From positions 1-64,000 of the forward strand of contig JBEUKZ010000096.1 in assembly GCA_048128005.1 (NCBI GenBank): DNA of 64,000 nucleotides. Reading direction: 5' to 3'. Shown in pieces: positions 59,756-64,000 of the stretch. The DNA comes from Veleropilina oligotropha (taxonomy: Eukaryota). How positions within the stretch are numbered: the stretch's first letter is position 1; each line of letters opens with the position of its first letter. Made by a program: the position numbers and the translations under genes. The notes under the pieces were generated by a model. That model worked only from the letters and a program-made list of their open reading frames with translations. It did no database searches and was not told the origin of the DNA.

Positions 59756-61603
59756 CTAATGACAATTTGGTGCCGTTCTTCGATAACCATGCTCAGAGGG
59801 TTAACAGCAAGATGTCATACAAAAAAGTATTGAAAGCTACCACGGTGAAAGTAATTTTTAAAAGAATAAAATTTGAAAAAGAGAAAAATGGACAAAAGAG
59901 CAAACCTAATACTAAATTTACACTAATGTAAGAATCAAATCAATAACAAAATTTGATGGGAGCAATGAAAATAAAACAGGACTTCATGACAAACACTAAA
60001 AACTGTAAAAAGTAGTTTAAAGCAAAGGCATCCATAATTATGATTCTTAGAAATATTGCTTTTTTTGCACAATGGTATCAATATTTAAGTATTGAGCATA
60101 AACTCATTAATAAAAAAGGATTAATATATAGAAGAACATAAACGCAGTGGAATAAATATTTATTTGAAAATAAATATGAAACAATATTGCAGAATTTTAC
60201 GATGTTGAATTGTTAATTGAACATTAAACCATTTTTATGAGATCATTATATTGTCTTGGCCCGTGGTCTAACCCACCATATTGTCAGTTAGGCTACTGGA
60301 GACTAATTTCTTACACTAAATACGGGTGTATTAGTTTGTTAAAAAAATATATTGTAAATTATTGTACACTTTTGCCATGATTTAAGTCTGTATATATAAC
60401 ACTCGGATTGTGTTGTCTAATCGGAAAAGCCTGAGCAGTTAAACAAGTCGGCGCCTCATGGTTTAACTGCAGGCTTTTCCGATTAGGCAACTAAACCTTG
60501 TGGTATAACAAATACTAATGTCTATTTTGTTTTTAATTAATTAATTTCATTTCGTCTTAAACTTTCAGGAACGTTTTCAGTTACTCAGCACGCTTTGTGT
60601 CATATCCCCTGATTGATTTAGTTTCGTATACCGGTACTGATATTTGTATTTCTAATGGTTGAAGACGTCTTCATGGTCCGTATTTATATGCACCACGTGA
60701 ACGTAGAAGATATGCTCCATTATTACCCACGTGACGCAGATATAGCCATGTGGTATTTATTTCGTACGCACCACATGGTGCATAACAAGTTGACCTCAAA
60801 GGTCAGGGACTACATTTTCATTGATAAACAAAACGAAGAAATCTACAACTTTTACTATTGTGGCTTGAATGGAAGAAAAACAACGATCGGAAATGTGGCG
60901 GATTATTAACAATTAATAAAATTAAATGTAATACAGCTAACACAAACGTTTATACAAGTACAGGTTTAAAACTGCAGAAAGTGTAATTATAAATAAAAAC
61001 ATGATAAATATAATTATAAAATACTTTACATCAAAGAGTGTCGTCTGCTTCGTGTTGTTTCGGACCGTTGTTTCAATATTTCGAATTCGCGGTCGAGTCG
61101 GTGTGATTTCCTGAGTTCCATATTCTCGGCACCAATATACGGCGGCACGATTAATATAAACATCGTCAGTGGGCCGTCGACACCAAAACGCCCGAGACCA
61201 GATGTTGACGGTGGCAACGAAATTCTTCCCTGAGTGCAAACTTGGCAACAATCCAGCCACGAGGCATATGCAAATTAAGATTTCGCCGCGTGTTCAACGG
61301 ACTTATTTTTAGAATAACGTAAATATATTAATGAGATGAGTAATATTCAGTAAAACGATCGTATATTAAACAGTTCTTATTGTTGCCTGATGTTATCTTG
61401 TTTCTTAGTTTCATTAAAATAAATTAGAATGAACTTTTAATACGATCTATTTGTTATAGCGTGTGGCTATAGAGTAAAGAGGCTATTTACAGTAATCAGG
61501 AATAAAATTCATCCGCGGCTAAACAATTTGAAATCTCGAATATGGGCCGATAAAAGCAAATAAAATGCATATATAACGCAATAAATGCATGGGTAATAAA
61601 TAA

Positions 61604-61749
61604 AATACTACACTGATTCTCGACACGTACCGTTTGTATCTCACTCGTGCACGTATCCAGGTATCTTACCTCGCTTTCGCTCGGTAAGATACCTGGATAC
61701 GTGCACTCGTGAGATACAAACGGTACGTGTCGAGAATCAGTGTAGTATT
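61604..61749. repeat. Near-perfect palindrome (67-bp arms, 12-nt loop)
   Basis: Arms 61604-61670 and 61683-61749 with two adjacent mismatches; loop TCGCTTTCGCTC. Confidence 0.95.
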
Positions 61750-63512
61750 CTCTATTTATGGGTCCTTCTTTACTTGCAATTTCGTCCATATGTCCGGCGA
61801 GTAATGATCCCTCTTAATTCTTACACCATTTTTATGCCAATTTCGTGACTTCCGCTCTGATATCCAATTTTAATTCTACACAGTTACTTTTCGAGGGGTC
61901 AAAGGTAGGTGACCTTTGATGACCCTGCATCGCCCAACACTTCATAATGTCCACTTTTGCATTAACAAAGTTCCCTTAATCTCATTTCCTTTGTTTTGTC
62001 TTGACAAAGCGATTGTAAAATTCTTGGTACTATCAGGCTGCAACTGAGAGTTAAAGGAATGTAGCACGCATTAGAATGTTCTTTCTATGCAATATTTTAT
62101 TGAATTTACTAATGTATTAAAAAATGTCTAGCTATTCTAGGATGTGAAACGTATATTTTATTTGTTTTTGCTACAACTGGAGCATGCTATATAAAATGAC
62201 ACCATTTCGCTGGTGGCCGTTGCATGCTAATACTAATAAATCACCTTTTTGTCCTGCCTGCGGAGCAGAAGCGGGACATAGGTATAGCTTTTCCGGCGTT
62301 GGTATCGTCGTCATTGGCGGCATCAACAATTGTTAAGATTTGTGTTTAGCTCTCTTTCTAACAAAGTGTAAGTACTAGGTTCATCATATTTGACAGTATC
62401 TTTATTACAGTGTACACATTACATACGAGAAAATGACTTCGGTATTTTTCACCATTTTCAATGTTAAGTTTAGCGTTTAACTCAGTTTCTGGAATACTAC
62501 AAGTCCTATGATCACCAAAATTGGACAACAACTTTGTTATAGAGTGCCCATTACATATCGGTGCTGCCGTCATGTATATATGATAATTGAACTACAAAAA
62601 TCTACAGCTGATAACTGCTCTTTGCAGTATTCCTATGATATAAGTAATGGTAATCTTAACTGTCATTGTGATTATAATTTGATAGCGAATACATGTATAG
62701 CCAGTAGCTCGATTGTACATAGACATATGTGCATCCACCTCGCTTAGGTAGTAGGTGCTGTTTCACAGGTGTGGTCTCAAATCCGGTCAAATTTTTTCTT
62801 TTAAGGTTCATTTTGGTTGACCATAAGAAACATTAAATTAGACATTATAATTAATTATCAATCCAATCAACATAAAAATATGTGATGGTTATTCCTACTT
62901 ATTGTGTGGATTATGCCTCGCTAAGTTGATGTTAAGATAAATGACTAAATTAAAGTTAGTTGCTGCATTAACGTGAGATAATAAGATATTGTATAAATGT
63001 TAACAGGGGATGTGTACAATATCGGAAGGTCATGGTGTAGGCATCATTGAAATGTTTTCCTAAGAAAATTAGTTAGACAAAGGCCACTAGCAAAGGCCAC
63101 CTAGTATGTTTGTTTGTGCTTAATAAAATGCATAGATATGTCCGCTATCTGGATTTGTCTCGTGTAATTTTCAGTGCAGTACACCATTTAATGTTTCTGT
63201 CTTAATTGCGATTAAAATATATCTATCCTTGTAAATAAATGACATGTCATGATCAAGACGTAATGGTATTTTTGTGGTTACATTGAAAAAGATAATATAA
63301 TTATGTATTAGTAAAGGATGTTCAAATTTAAAACAATATTGTAAAAAATGTGAATCAGAAAAATGGATTATATGATCTAATTGTAATATGACAAAATTAT
63401 TTTATGGTTTTAATTAGTAGATCAGCAATTAATTGTCTGTTCTCCTATTTTACACACTGCAATTGCTTTAAAAAATCTTTCAATTAACTCGCCTTCCATT
63501 CTCTAAATTAAC

Positions 63513-64000
63513 TATTAGTAGCAATATACTCTACGTCATTACCTATGCCATAATAGCCCTATTATCGCTAAACCGGAAACTGTGAAAAAGCGTTTCACTT
63601 TCTTTTAAACTTACACGCTTACCCCCCCTGCTCACCTCTCTCGCGTTCCTCCCACGAGATCTGCCCAAGTCTCGCGAGACCTCAGAGACCAAGACAGATC
63701 TGGTATCCTTTTTAAGTCTTCCGTCAGTCTGTCCGGACGTGCTTACAGTCTAGTAAAAAAATAGACTATAATAAGTTACTTTTAAACAAGTTTCTTTCGC
63801 ACAATATTGTGCCGTTCATATTCATATATGAGCTGAAGAAGCATTGTAACTGTGTTCGGAGTATTTAGGTCGAGTTAGCAATTTTAAAAGTTGTGAGATT
63901 CTGGCCACGAGTATTTCGGCCCGCCATCTTGGAATTTACAAAGTAAAGATCTAAAGATGGCCGCTCAGGAGGGAAGGTTCTTCAAGCAGGAAAGCTTCGC
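63513..64000 (+). mobile_element. 5' end of a second DIRS copy (runs off the window)
   Basis: Starts TATTAGTAGCAATATACTC; left ITR almost identical to 40498-40703, 5' UTR moderately diverged. Confidence 0.95.

Noticed and set aside
60655..61260. 84-aa and 107-aa ORFs between the hairpins
   Set aside because: No recognisable domain or splice support; cannot be called without a search.

Overview
AT-rich, repeat-dense animal genomic DNA with spliceosomal introns; the repeat families look lophotrochozoan or mollusc-like (inference). The only host gene I can support is the 5' part of CARMIL (LRRC16 family), with 10 coding exons at 22610-58704 on +. Upstream is a multi-level transposon nest. A decayed IS3-like integrase faces a convergent SAM-like/HECT ubiquitin-ligase gene. 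The first intron of that gene holds an 11.5-kb PHD-FLYWCH-MULE transposon, which contains a CR1-group LINE (carrying a 5-bp-TSD TIR element) and a second, apparently intact 9-exon PHD-FLYWCH-MULE element. CARMIL intron 7 carries a full-length DIRS retrotransposon (ITRs, ICR, gag, RT/RNaseH/MT, tyrosine recombinase). Its gag stop (CCC-TAG-G) lies where a +1 slip enters pol and readthrough enters the recombinase frame. A rearranged partial duplicate follows it, and a second DIRS copy starts at the window end. The rest is Helitron/Helentron-type non-autonomous elements, MITEs, tRNA-derived SINEs, palindromes and satellites. All family assignments come from reading motifs by eye; no searches were run.
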